A stretch of DNA of 58,943 bases, taken from assembly GCA_963726245.1 (NCBI GenBank), contig CAVSBT010000009.1:1-58943 (forward strand). Direction: 5' to 3'. Shown one piece after another: positions 48,932 through 58,716 of the stretch (position 1 is its first letter; the number at the start of each line of letters is the position of its first letter). The notes under the pieces are model-generated. The model saw only the letters and a program-made list of their open reading frames with translations, was not told where the DNA came from and did no database searches. The position numbers and the translations under genes are program-made. This DNA is from an uncultured Chloroflexia bacterium. GTDB taxonomy: Bacteria; Chloroflexota; Dehalococcoidia; DSTF01; JALHUB01.

Positions 48932-50205
48932 ATGAACTACCCTATCTGGGACGTCCCTCTGATCAGCGGCGGCCTCGTCATCGCCGCAATCGCCGTCGTT
49001 CACGTTTTCATCTCCCATTTTGCCGTTGGCGGCGGCATCTACCTCGTCCTCACGGAACGCAAGGCCCGCAAAGAGAACTCCGAGGAACTCCTGGGCTTCA
49101 TCAGGAGCCAGTCGCTCTTCTTCCTGTTGCTCACCTTGGTGGGAGGCGCCCTCACAGGCGTCGGCATCTGGTTCAGCATCTCGCTGGTGAGCCCCGATGC
49201 CACGTCAACCCTGCTGCACGTGTTCGTCTGGATATGGGCGACCGAGTGGGTCTTCTTCCTGGTCGAGGTGATCTCGATCCTGGTCTACTACTACGGCTGG
49301 GACCGGCTGACGCCTGAAGATCACATGCGGGTGGGCTGGATCTACGCCGGCTCGGCGTGGGTAAGCCTGGTCCTCATCACCGGCATCCTCGCCTTCATGC
49401 TGACGCCGGGCTCCTGGACCACACCCACGACCTCCACGATGCCTTCTTCAACCCCACCTTCTTGCCCAGCGTTCTGCTGCGAACAGGCGTGGCGGTGGCC
49501 TTGGGCGGTGTGTACGCCCTGGTAACGGGCAGCCTGCTGGCCGATGAAGGGCTGAGGGAGCGGGTGATCCGCTATTCCGCGCTCTGGGTACGGTGGGCCT
49601 TCCTGGTCATTCCCCTGGCCGGGGTGTGGTTCTTCTTCGCGGCGCCGGAGAGGGCCCGCCACCTGCCCATCGGCGGGTCGGGGGTGGTTCAGATCTTCCT
49701 CATCCTGACCCTGGCGTTGTCGCTCTTCGTCTTCGTCTTCACCCACCTGGGCGCCTACTGGGGAGCGCGCCGCTTCGGTCTGCCCATGGCGCTCGTGCTC
49801 TTCGTCACGGCCTTTGCGGTTATAGGCGCCGGAGAGTGGGTGCGGGAGGCCGTACGCAAGCCCTACATCATCAGCAACTACATGTACTCCAACTCTATCC
49901 GCCTCGACGACGTGGGCCGCGTGGTCGACCAGGGCGTGCTCTCGAGCGCCCTCTGGTCCCGCGTGCCCGCCGTCGAGCCCGGCAACGAGAGCGAAGCAGG
50001 CCACGAGGTCTTCCGCCTCCTCTGCTCCAGTTGCCACACCGTGGCGGGCTACAACGCCATCCGGCCAATAGTGAAGGGCTGGAGCGAGGAGTACATCGAT
50101 AGCCAGTTGCAGAACCTCGATGTTCTGAAGGAGGTCATGCCGCCTTTCCTGGGGTCCGAGCAAGAACGCAAGGCCCTGGCAAAGTGGCTGTCAGGATTGA
50201 ATTGA
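48932..50205 (+). CDS. Cytochrome bd subunit I-like (CydA-like) protein fused to a C-terminal c-type cytochrome (indel near 49420)
   Basis: HVFISHFAVGG, GALTGVGIWF, WATEWVFF, FMLTPG, FFNPT, EWVREAVRKPY, CSSCH and MPPF. Confidence 0.82.
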
Positions 50206-50220
50206 TGCAGGACGCGCGCT

Positions 50221-51343
50221 ATGCCACAAGCTGACCCATTGCCGCTGCCGGCGCCCGAGGTGCTGTTTCATGTGCTTCTGGTGGCCACGTTCACGCTCCA
50301 CATCCTGGCGATGAACGTCCTCCTGGGAGGCTCCATACTGGCGGCCGTCAACGCCGTCCTCCAACCGCCTGCGGCCTGAGGAACACCGGGGCCTTCTCCT
50401 GCAGCGAGTCGGCCGGCCGCTTACGCTGAGCGTGGCAGTGACGGTGACGCTGGGGGTCGCTCCCCTTCTCTTCCTCCAGCTAGTTTATGGCCCCTTCTTC
50501 TTCACCTCCTCGATCCTCATGGCGTTCCCCTGGCTATCGGTCATCGTTTTCGTCATGGCAGCTTACGCCGCCCTCTACTTGGTCGAGATGCGGTCGCGGT
50601 TCCTGGGGCGCTGGGCCCTCGCCGTGCGCATAGCGAGCGCCCTCACCTTCGCGGGGGTGGCCTTCCTTTATGTCAACAACGCCACCCTAATGCTCACGCC
50701 CGACAGGTGGCATGACATCTACGATCACTTCCGCCGCGGCATCTACCTGCCTCTGGGGGACGCACAGCTCTTCCCGCGCTACCTGCACTTCCTGCTTGCC
50801 GCCCTGGCCATCGGCGGGCTGGCTCTGCTGGCCTACGGCCTCTGGGTGCGGCGCCGCGAGCCCGCCTTCGGCGACTGGTGCCTGCGCCAGGGGGCCTGGT
50901 GGTTCCTGATCCCGACCGCCCTTCAGGCGGCCATCGGGCCCATCTTCCTCGTGGTTCAACCGGCCTCTGTCCGCGACGAGTTCCTGTCCGCCGACCTGCT
51001 GGAGACGGGCGTGCTCTGGGCGGGCGTGGCCTCCGCCCTCGTCGCCGTGGTGCTGGTGCTCTGGACGCTGCGAACCCGTGCGCCCACGGTGCCCGGCGCC
51101 GCCGCCGTAGGCTTTATGTTGATCAGCGTATCGCTGATGTCGGTGACCCGCGACCTGCTGCGGGCGGCGCGAACGTCATCCTACCTGGACGTGAGCACCC
51201 TGCCCTCGCGGACACAGGTGGGAGGCCTCATCGTCTTCCTCGTGGCGCTGACGGCCGGGCTGGGCACGATAGGTTACATGCTCTGGCTTCTGCGTCGCGG
51301 TCGCCCGGCTCTGACCGATCGCCCTTATGAAGGGCCCTCCTAG
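50221..51343 (+). CDS. Second CydA-like membrane subunit (CydA'-like) (indel near 50370)
   Basis: DPLPLPAP, TFTLHILAMN, VTLGVAPLLFLQLVYG, LMLTPDRW, PRYLHF, RDLLR. Confidence 0.72.
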
Positions 51344-51370
51344 CCGGCACGGGAGGGGCCGTTCGGCCCC

Positions 51371-51399
51371 TTGTCCAGGGAGTTTTGCCAGGTTAACAT
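51371..51399 (+). promoter_or_regulatory. Candidate sigma70 promoter
   Basis: TTGTCC-N17-TAACAT, 9 nt upstream of ATG 51409. Confidence 0.35.
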
Positions 51400-51408
51400 A
51401 GATTCGGC

Positions 51409-51624
51409 ATGAGGAAGAGAGGCTCCACTCTCGAGAAGCGCCGGCGAGGACTCGCCGGCGAAACGCCCCAGAGGGACCAGGAACCCCAAGACGACCGCGA
51501 GCGCCGCCGCCAGGAGCCGCCTGCCCAGGACTCCTGCGAGGCGCGCTTTCGCTTCGACCCCTATTGGGATGAGGTGTTCGCGGCCTACTACGACCCAAGT
51601 ATGGGTACCTGCTGCCGGCGCTAG
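51409..51624 (+). CDS. Small hypothetical protein (71 aa)
   Basis: Fills the intergenic gap; charged N-terminal half, aromatic/Cys C-terminus RFDPYWDEVFAAYYDPSMGTCCRR. Confidence 0.4.
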   Translation: MRKRGSTLEKRRRGLAGETPQRDQEPQDDRERRRQEPPAQDSCEARFRFDPYWDEVFAAYYDPSMGTCCRR

Positions 51625-51708
51625 ACCTGCCTGCCCGCAGGCCGGTACCCCGGAGAAGCCTTTGCATCAGCGGCGGACTCGCCCGTGCTCCGGGCAAGGA
51701 GGTCCTTC

Positions 51709-53121
51709 ATGGCAGACATAGCATCCTACGGCGCCTACGTGCCCCTCTACCGCCTCGCTCGCAAAGACATGGGCGAGGCTTGGGACATCCCGGCGGTTCC
51801 GGGTGAACGAGCGGTGGCCAACGTCGATGAGGACAGCCTCACGATGGCGGTTGCCGCCTCAGTCGACTGTCTTCTGGGGATAGACCCCGCCTCCATCGAC
51901 GCCGTCCACTTCGCCACCACCACCGCTCCCTACCACGAGAGGCAGTGCGCGCCTATAATCGCCGGCGCCCTGGACCTGCGGCGCGATATCTTCACGGCTG
52001 ACTTCACCGACTCCGTGCGCGCCGCCACGACCGCCCTCCGGGCCGCCGCCGACGCCGTCGCCGCCGGCTCGGCGAAGCGCATCCTGGTGGTGGCCGCCGA
52101 CGCCCGCCTCGGGGAGCCGCAGACGCCCTGGGAGCAAATGCTGGGGGACGGCGCCGGCGCGGTCCTGGTCGCCGACAAGGGCGCCGCCACCATGCGCGGC
52201 TTCTTCTCCCTGGCCGGCGATCACCTGGGGCCCTGGCGGCGGGCCGATGACCACTTCCTGCGCTCCTTCGAGTCGCGAGTCGAGACCCAGTACGGCTACG
52301 CCGCCAACACGGTCGAGGCCGCCAAGGCCACGCTCCAAAAGGAGGGTGTGGCCCCCGGCGACATCACCCGCGCCGTCATCACGGGCATGGACCCGCGCAG
52401 CCACGCCGGCGTGGCCCGCGCCGTGGGCATCGACCCGGCCAAGCTCCAGGACACACTGTTCTTCTCAGTCGGCCACTCTGGGGCAGCCCAAGTGTTGATG
52501 ATGCTGGCCGGCGCCCTGCAAGCCTCCAGCCCCGGCGACAAGCTGTTGGTGGCCAACTACGGCGACGGCAGCGATGCCTTCCTGCTGGACGTCAAGGAGC
52601 CTTTCCCGGCCGCTCCCGGGCGCCGGGGGCTCAACGGCTACCTGGCCTGGCGGCAACCGCTGTCCCATTACACCGGCTACCTGGCCCGCCGCAAGCTCGT
52701 AGAGCACGAGGAGCCGATCATGCGCTCCTCGGAAGTCATCTACTGGCGGGACGCGCGGCAGGAGCTCAACTTCCACGGCGCCCGCTGCACGAAGTGCGGC
52801 ACCTTCCAGTACCCCATCCCCCGCGTCTGCACGGAGTGCGGGACCAAGGACGAGATCGAAGAGGTGAAGCTGAGCAAGACCGGCAACATCTACACCTTCA
52901 CCCTGGACCACCTGTACCTGGGCATGTACCTCAACGTGCCCGTCCCGCGGGTGGTCATAGACCTGGAGGGAGGCGGCCGCGTCTTCCTGGAGATGACGGA
53001 CTGCGACCCCCAAGAGGTCAAGGTGGGAATGCCCGTCGAACTGACCTTCCGCCGCCTGCACGAGGGCTCGGCGTTCCACAATTACTACTGGAAGTGCCGG
53101 CCCACGCCGCAGGGGGCTTAG
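51709..53121 (+). CDS. HMG-CoA-synthase-like domain fused to DUF35 (Zn-ribbon plus OB-fold)
   Basis: SYGAYVPLYRL, ERAVAN.DEDSLTMAV, GDGAGA, YGDGSDA; CTKCG..QYP.PRVCTEC, GMPVELTFRR, NYYWKC. Confidence 0.88.
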   Translation: MADIASYGAYVPLYRLARKDMGEAWDIPAVPGERAVANVDEDSLTMAVAASVDCLLGIDPASIDAVHFATTTAPYHERQCAPIIAGALDLRRDIFTADFTDSVRAATTALRAAADAVAAGSAKRILVVAADARLGEPQTPWEQMLGDGAGAVLVADKGAATMRGFFSLAGDHLGPWRRADDHFLRSFESRVETQYGYAANTVEAAKATLQKEGVAPGDITRAVITGMDPRSHAGVARAVGIDPAKLQDTLFFSVGHSGAAQVLMMLAGALQASSPGDKLLVANYGDGSDAFLLDVKEPFPAAPGRRGLNGYLAWRQPLSHYTGYLARRKLVEHEEPIMRSSEVIYWRDARQELNFHGARCTKCGTFQYPIPRVCTECGTKDEIEEVKLSKTGNIYTFTLDHLYLGMYLNVPVPRVVIDLEGGGRVFLEMTDCDPQEVKVGMPVELTFRRLHEGSAFHNYYWKCRPTPQGA

Positions 53122-53155
53122 CGACGGCGAGACCAGCGCCGGAGGAGGACTAGCC

Positions 53156-54322
53156 ATGGGTAGCATAAAAGACAGGGTCGCTGTCGTCGGAGTCGGCGCC
53201 ACCAAGTTCGGCGAGATCTGGGAGAAGGACCAAGAGGACCTGCTGGTCGACGCCGCTTACGAGGCCTTCGACGACGCCGGTATCACGCCAAAGGACATCG
53301 AGGCTGCTTGGGTGGGGGTGCTCTACAACTTCACCGGCATCAGCGGCAGCACGGCCGCCGAGCCCCTCAAGCTCTTCGGGAAGCCGGTGACGCGCGTGGA
53401 GAACTTCTGCGCCTCGGGAATGGACGCCTTCCGGAACGCCTGCTACGGCGTCGCCTCCGGCGTCTACGACATCGTGCTGGCCTGCGGCGTCGAGAAGCTG
53501 ATGGACATCGGCTCGTCCGGCATCCCGACGACGGACTTCGGCCACCCGGTCATGGGCGGCGTCAGCGCGCCCGGCATGTTCGCCCTCGCCGCCACCCGCT
53601 GTTTCCATCAGTACGGCTGGACTAGAGAGGACCTGGCGCGGGTGGCCGTGAAGAACCACAAGAACGGCGTGGCCCATCCCAAGGCTCACTTCCGCCGCGC
53701 CATTACCATGGAGGACGCTCTCAACGCGCCGATGATCGCCTGGCCGCTCGGCCGCTTCGACTGCTGCGCCATGTCCGATGGCGCCGCCGCCGCCATCATC
53801 ACCCGGCCGGAGATCGCCAAGACCCTCCGCCACAAGGACGACTACGTGCTGGTGAAGGCCAACGCTCTGGCCCTGGCCACCGTTCTGCCCATGTACAAGG
53901 CCTCGTTTGACTACTTGGGCTTCCCGGCCACGCAGATGGCGGCGAGGCTCGCCTACGAGGAGGCCGGCGTCAAGGACCCGAAACAGGAGATTGGCTTCGC
54001 CGAGGTGCACGACTGCTTCACGATCACGGAGCTGCTGAACATCCAGGACCTTGGATTCGCCGAGCCCGGAAAGGCCGCTGAGTACGTGCGGGAGGGCCGC
54101 GCCGACGTCGAGGGGGATATCCCCATCAACCCCAGCGGCGGCCTGAAGTGCTTCGGCCACCCGATTGGCGCCACGGGATGCCGGATGATCTACGAGGTGA
54201 CGAAGCAGATTCAGGGTCGCGCTGACGGCAACCAGGTGAAGGAGCCGCGCCTGGGTCTGGCCCACAACCTGGGCGGCCCGGCCTCCGTCTGCTCCGTCAC
54301 CATCCTGGGGCCACGCGACTGA
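53156..54322 (+). CDS. Thiolase / acetyl-CoA acetyltransferase (SCP2-/archaeal-type)
   Basis: VENFCASG, KNHKNG, DCCAMSDGAAA, EVHDCF, NPSGGL..FGHPIGATG, HNLGG. Confidence 0.92.
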   Translation: MGSIKDRVAVVGVGATKFGEIWEKDQEDLLVDAAYEAFDDAGITPKDIEAAWVGVLYNFTGISGSTAAEPLKLFGKPVTRVENFCASGMDAFRNACYGVASGVYDIVLACGVEKLMDIGSSGIPTTDFGHPVMGGVSAPGMFALAATRCFHQYGWTREDLARVAVKNHKNGVAHPKAHFRRAITMEDALNAPMIAWPLGRFDCCAMSDGAAAAIITRPEIAKTLRHKDDYVLVKANALALATVLPMYKASFDYLGFPATQMAARLAYEEAGVKDPKQEIGFAEVHDCFTITELLNIQDLGFAEPGKAAEYVREGRADVEGDIPINPSGGLKCFGHPIGATGCRMIYEVTKQIQGRADGNQVKEPRLGLAHNLGGPASVCSVTILGPRD

Positions 54323-54363
54323 GGGTCGCTGTCCCCGTTAGCCGCCGCGGAGCGAAAAATGTT

Positions 54364-54406
54364 CGCGCGAGGGCCTTGACAGGGTCCTCGCGCGTCCTGC
54401 TATTAT
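54364..54406 (+). promoter_or_regulatory. Candidate sigma70 promoter with the -35 centred in an inverted repeat
   Basis: CGCGCGAGG-gcc-TTGACA-gggt-CCTCGCGCG, then TGcTATTAT (19-nt spacer). Confidence 0.4.
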
Positions 54407-54615
54407 CGCTCAAACCGCGTAGCACGAATGCGTAAGTGGGCTTGCGGAGCCCGCCCGGCCGCGCGGGGGGTAGGGCGGCACTGGCGCAGGGAAGTGCCCG
54501 TACCGCCCATTAATTATCTCTGTCGAAGAACGCCCGCAGCGGTTCGCCGGAGACGGCGCCAGCCGCCCGACTCAGATCACGCCAGCGGCCCCAGTCACTC
54601 TCCCCCGACCCTGAG

Positions 54616-55125
54616 CTACTCGCCCCGAGGGTACACCTTGCCGGGTCGCAGACCCAGTTGGCGGTAGGCGTTGGACCGAAGCTTGTGCGCCAGGCGCCGC
54701 CACTGGACGATCTCGCGCTGCGTCAGGCCATCGAAGAAGGCCTCCGCGACCTCTCGGTGGACGGCGTCCGCCTTCAGGTACCGCTCCCTCCCAACATTAG
54801 TAAGCGTGAGGAGGACCTTGCGGCGGTCCTTAGGGTGAGGATCCCGATTGATCAGGCCCGCGTTCACCAGCCGGTCCACCAGCCCGGAGAGGCTCTGGGC
54901 CTCGAGGAGAACGGTGGTGCGGGCGCGTGCGGGGACCAGGGGCGTGGGGTCCCAGTAGAGCATCCCCATGAGAAAGACCTGGGGAGAGCTGAGGCCCAGC
55001 GGTAGGAGAGCACGCTCCGTCAGCTTCTGAAGAGAGCCGAAGGTCTGGTAGAGGAGGGCCCAGTCCTCCCATACCTCCGGCACCTGGCCTTCCTGTTTCT
55101 GAACACGAACAGATCCGGTTGCCAT
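54616..55125 (-). CDS. MarR family transcriptional regulator
   Basis: GLSSPQ, LSGLVDRLVNAGLINR.PHPKDRRKVLLTLT.VG. Confidence 0.9.
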   Translation of the reverse strand: MATGSVRVQKQEGQVPEVWEDWALLYQTFGSLQKLTERALLPLGLSSPQVFLMGMLYWDPTPLVPARARTTVLLEAQSLSGLVDRLVNAGLINRDPHPKDRRKVLLTLTNVGRERYLKADAVHREVAEAFFDGLTQREIVQWRRLAHKLRSNAYRQLGLRPGKVYPRGE

Positions 55126-55332
55126 ATGTGGCTCTTCCCCCTTTCCCTTTGGAAGACTCCTGGCTCAGTCTAATGCGTACTGGCACGAATATACTGCGTT
55201 TCGAGATAAATATACTGTATTGGCCTCGATACGGCAATAGGTCTGTCGTACTCTTGCCCGCGGCCCTCGGCGCGTTAGACTAGAATAGTGGGGCCCGTCT
55301 CGATGGCCAGAAGCGCACAAGGAGGTGGCACC

Positions 55333-56283
55333 ATGGCGAGCCGCAAGACATTCCTGCTGGGACAAGCGGTGGCCTTCTCTAACGGAGTCAGGGGCCGGCT
55401 GGTCGGGCTGGAGATGGAGCCCGACTGGACGCCGGCTCACTTGATGGTGGCAGCGGGGGGGCCCTGGCCCTGGCAGAAGCGACGCGTCCTCCGGCTGTCC
55501 ACGCAAGCCGTCATCGAATTTCGAGGCGAGGAGATACTGCTGGGCATCCCTTCAACGAACGTTGAGGTGGTTCCCCATCCCGGCGCACCTCACGCCGAAG
55601 GCCAGGTGACCTGGCTGGACACGAGCAGCCGGCTCCAGATAGCGCCCCGGGCCGTAGAGCGCGAGTGGGGCCGGTTCCTGGGCCTGGTGATAGAGCCGAG
55701 CGGTTCGATCGGACTGGTGGGCGAAGTGGGCACGCTGACAAAGAGGCGTATCTTGATACCGGGCGAGTACGCCTCCTACCAGAACCATGAGTTCGTCTGG
55801 CTGGACCTGAAGGGCCGGTCTCCGGACAGTCTCCCCGCCTACGAGCCCGACGGCTACGTCGAGAGGGAGGCGTGGGCGGCTCTCCGCGGCGCCCGCGGCT
55901 TGGGCGAGACGGAGCTACGCACTGTCCGCTTGGAGGCCAAGGACGGCAAGGTAATCCTACTGGGGAACGTGGCCTCCTCACGAATCGCGGAAGCCATGGA
56001 GAGCGCCCTCTCCACAGTATCATCCGTGCTGGGAGTGGAGAACCGCCTCGTCGCCGACCATGACCTGGAGATAGAAGTGGCCTCGGCCCTGGCCCAGAAC
56101 CCATCGACCCGGGGCGAGCGCTTCATCGTACACTCGCGCCTGGGGAGGGTCACCTTGGACGGGCAGGTGAAGCCGGAGGCGGCCCAGTCGGCCGTGGCAG
56201 TGGCCCAGCAGGTGGCGGGAGTAGCGGGCGTCGAGAGCCGCCTCCAGCCGCTCGGCCCGAGGCAGGGCAAGTCGGCGGCCTAG
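55333..56283 (+). CDS. Protein with PRC-barrel-like N-terminus and two BON domains
   Basis: DGKVILLGNV...VLGVENRL and GRVTLDGQV...VAGVAGVESRL; RBS GGAGGT before ATG 55333. Confidence 0.8.
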   Translation: MASRKTFLLGQAVAFSNGVRGRLVGLEMEPDWTPAHLMVAAGGPWPWQKRRVLRLSTQAVIEFRGEEILLGIPSTNVEVVPHPGAPHAEGQVTWLDTSSRLQIAPRAVEREWGRFLGLVIEPSGSIGLVGEVGTLTKRRILIPGEYASYQNHEFVWLDLKGRSPDSLPAYEPDGYVEREAWAALRGARGLGETELRTVRLEAKDGKVILLGNVASSRIAEAMESALSTVSSVLGVENRLVADHDLEIEVASALAQNPSTRGERFIVHSRLGRVTLDGQVKPEAAQSAVAVAQQVAGVAGVESRLQPLGPRQGKSAA

Positions 56284-56828
56284 GCAGGGGGCGGCGACAC
56301 ACACACCATCTCGATGCGCCGTCCGTTCACTACCATGAACTTGCTGTCCCAGGCGAGCGCGCCATCGCCCTCGCAGACGGCCTTGGTTTCGGTCATCGCC
56401 AGGAAGTGATCGAATAGCCTGGGTAGCGCGACCGAGAAGTCGGCGTCCTTGACGAGATAGACGTTGCCGAGGATGCGGAAGGGCGGCGCGAACACCAGCA
56501 TCAGGTATGCTGCCCTCTTTACGATGTCCACGCGGTGCGTCTCCCGTCGCTTCTCCTCCGCCTGCGGCGACTCCAGTGAACGTGCGAACACGACGGAGTC
56601 CTTGTCAACGACCAATGGACCATCGGTGGCGATCACCTCCCGGCAGCCCAGCAGCTCGCGCACCTTCACGCTGTCCAACTGAAGGTGCGTGACTTGCGAG
56701 TTGCTCAAGAGATCGATCAGACGCATCTCCTCGGTGAGCCCGCGGCAACGCCCCGTGATCATGTAGCTCTGCGTCACGATCTCCACCGCGGCGATCGATC
56801 CGCCCGAATCCGACGTCATTCCAACCAT
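56280..56828 (-). CDS. Conserved hypothetical protein with internal duplication (DUF6812-like)
   Basis: Two similar halves: T.SYMITG...RLIDLL and PPFRILGNVY...FLAMTE...FMVVN. Confidence 0.6.
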   Translation of the reverse strand: MVGMTSDSGGSIAAVEIVTQSYMITGRCRGLTEEMRLIDLLSNSQVTHLQLDSVKVRELLGCREVIATDGPLVVDKDSVVFARSLESPQAEEKRRETHRVDIVKRAAYLMLVFAPPFRILGNVYLVKDADFSVALPRLFDHFLAMTETKAVCEGDGALAWDSKFMVVNGRRIEMVCVSPPPA

Positions 56829-56878
56829 CGCGACCTCAGCCTTGCTTCATTCACGAGTCCAACCCCTGATTTGCGGCT

Positions 56879-57748
56879 CTAGGGACCGGCAGACCCACCG
56901 GTGCGGCTCACGCGGCGCACGGCCCCGCTCCCGTCGCGCTCCACCGTGATCCACTCGCCCCGGTTGAGGGTATAGCCGCCGGGGTCGATCTCGGCGCGCA
57001 GGATGGCCAGCTCATGATCCGTGGGCGGCGCCAGCTCCTCTACCGGGTCGGCGATGATGGGCTTGAAGTCCATCCTGGCCAGCACCTCTTCTACGGACAT
57101 CCAGGGGGCCACGGCCTGGAGCTTCAGCATGTGGCTCTTCTCATCGAAGCCGAAGAGGGCACGCTCCGTGACCACCAGGTAGGGGCCGGTACCGGCGGGC
57201 ATGCCGGCGCGCTCGCGGGCGCCGGGGCTGCCGTCCAGGTAGCCCGGCGATGACATGAAATCGAGCTTCTCCACGAACTTGCGCTTCTCCAGCTTGGTCA
57301 TGACGATGACCCGCCAGCACTGCGATGCGATCTCATTGCCCCCGCCGGGCCCCCCAAACCGCCTTTCCGGCTTCTCGTAGCTGTCGCCCGTGATGGTGGA
57401 GTTGAGGTTCCCGTACCTGTCGACCTGGATGGCCGCCAGGACGCCGTAGTCCATGTATCCAAGGCTGGCGTGAAAGTCCACGGTGTTCATGCCCGTCCAG
57501 CACACGGCTCGGTAGTGAGAGCGGCTGGCTCCCAACATCATCGGCCAGAGAGGAAAAGTGGGGCTGGGCGCAACGGCGCCCTCCTCCACGACGTAGCCGA
57601 CGTTCGGCGTTCGCATTCGCTTGGCCATCAGAATGGCCATGAGCGGCGGCCCTGCCATCTGCACGAAGTACAGCTTGTCCTCCTCGATGAGCCGAGCCAC
57701 GGTGCAGATGTTGGCCTCGATGTCCGTGAAGGTGAGCGTCTCACTCAT
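56879..57748 (-). CDS. Family I CoA-transferase beta subunit (GctB-like)
   Basis: YVVEEG (catalytic Glu region), QVDRYGNLNST, GPGGGNEIAS, FVEKLDFMSSPG, GPYLVVT. Confidence 0.88.
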   Translation of the reverse strand: MSETLTFTDIEANICTVARLIEEDKLYFVQMAGPPLMAILMAKRMRTPNVGYVVEEGAVAPSPTFPLWPMMLGASRSHYRAVCWTGMNTVDFHASLGYMDYGVLAAIQVDRYGNLNSTITGDSYEKPERRFGGPGGGNEIASQCWRVIVMTKLEKRKFVEKLDFMSSPGYLDGSPGARERAGMPAGTGPYLVVTERALFGFDEKSHMLKLQAVAPWMSVEEVLARMDFKPIIADPVEELAPPTDHELAILRAEIDPGGYTLNRGEWITVERDGSGAVRRVSRTGGSAGP

Positions 57749-58716
57749 TCGTAGTAGCCCTCCCTCACCGTCTCCTCCTGTCGAAGCTGAAGGAGCTTCT
57801 TGGCCCCTACCCGCTGCTCCAGCATCTCCTCATGGGAGGCCACGCTGTAGACCCACTTGTCGAGGTACTCGTTCATGCTCTCCTGGGCCTGGGCGACCGC
57901 GAACTCGAACATGTGCAGGAAGTCGGCATTATACAGCCCCGGAACCGCGCCCGGGTAGGTGCCGAACGGGGCGAGGACGACCGCGTCGACGAAGTAGTAG
58001 GGGATGGTGGTTCTCTGGGGCTGCCGCCGGATGGCGTCGTTCCCGATGATCTCCTCGGTGGAGATGATGAGCTTCTTGGAGGCCATGGCGACCTCCAGCG
58101 GCGCCACGCCGGCCCCGAAGACGCGGGCGTTGCCGTAGACGTCGCACTGGTGGACGTGAATGATGCCCACATCCGGGTTGAGGGCGGGCACCACGCAGAT
58201 AGGTTTCCCCAGATAGGGGTCCTCGATGAGCTTGGCGGCGGAGCGGGTAAAGGCGTCGGTGCCGCCCATGTAGCGCATGGGGAGGAACGGCACGCCCATC
58301 GCGCCGGCCAGGAGCCGGTAGGAGAGAGCCCCGTTCGTCCACTCGATGAGCTCGATCTCCCCTTTCTGGAGCGCCCGGTTGATGACAGGGCCCGATTCCA
58401 TCCAGCCCACGTCCACCTTACCGACGCAGCCGCCGGCGACCAGCAGGCTCACATCGGACCAGTTGAACTTCGCGCATAGCCAGAGGTCCTTCTTGCGCTG
58501 ACGGATGATCTCGCGGAACAGTGAGGTTGGCCCGCGATTGGCGACGTTCTGGTCGTAGGCCACGTAGTCGCCGTCCTGGACGAAGCGCCGGACCGCCTCC
58601 TGCTCAGTCACCACCTTCTCGACAGGGCGGCGCTCCTTGTGGTCGCGGACGTAGGCCCGCAGGCCGTCCGGGTCCGGCATCCGGAACTCGCCCACGCCCG
58701 AAGCAAGAACTTCCAT
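57745..58716 (-). CDS. Family I CoA-transferase alpha subunit (GctA-like)
   Basis: EAVRRFVQDGD, EIIRQ, AGAMGVPFLP, PALNPDVGIIHV..CD.YGN, VDAVV.APFG; RBS GGAGGAG before ATG 58716. Confidence 0.88.
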   Translation of the reverse strand: MEVLASGVGEFRMPDPDGLRAYVRDHKERRPVEKVVTEQEAVRRFVQDGDYVAYDQNVANRGPTSLFREIIRQRKKDLWLCAKFNWSDVSLLVAGGCVGKVDVGWMESGPVINRALQKGEIELIEWTNGALSYRLLAGAMGVPFLPMRYMGGTDAFTRSAAKLIEDPYLGKPICVVPALNPDVGIIHVHQCDVYGNARVFGAGVAPLEVAMASKKLIISTEEIIGNDAIRRQPQRTTIPYYFVDAVVLAPFGTYPGAVPGLYNADFLHMFEFAVAQAQESMNEYLDKWVYSVASHEEMLEQRVGAKKLLQLRQEETVREGYYE

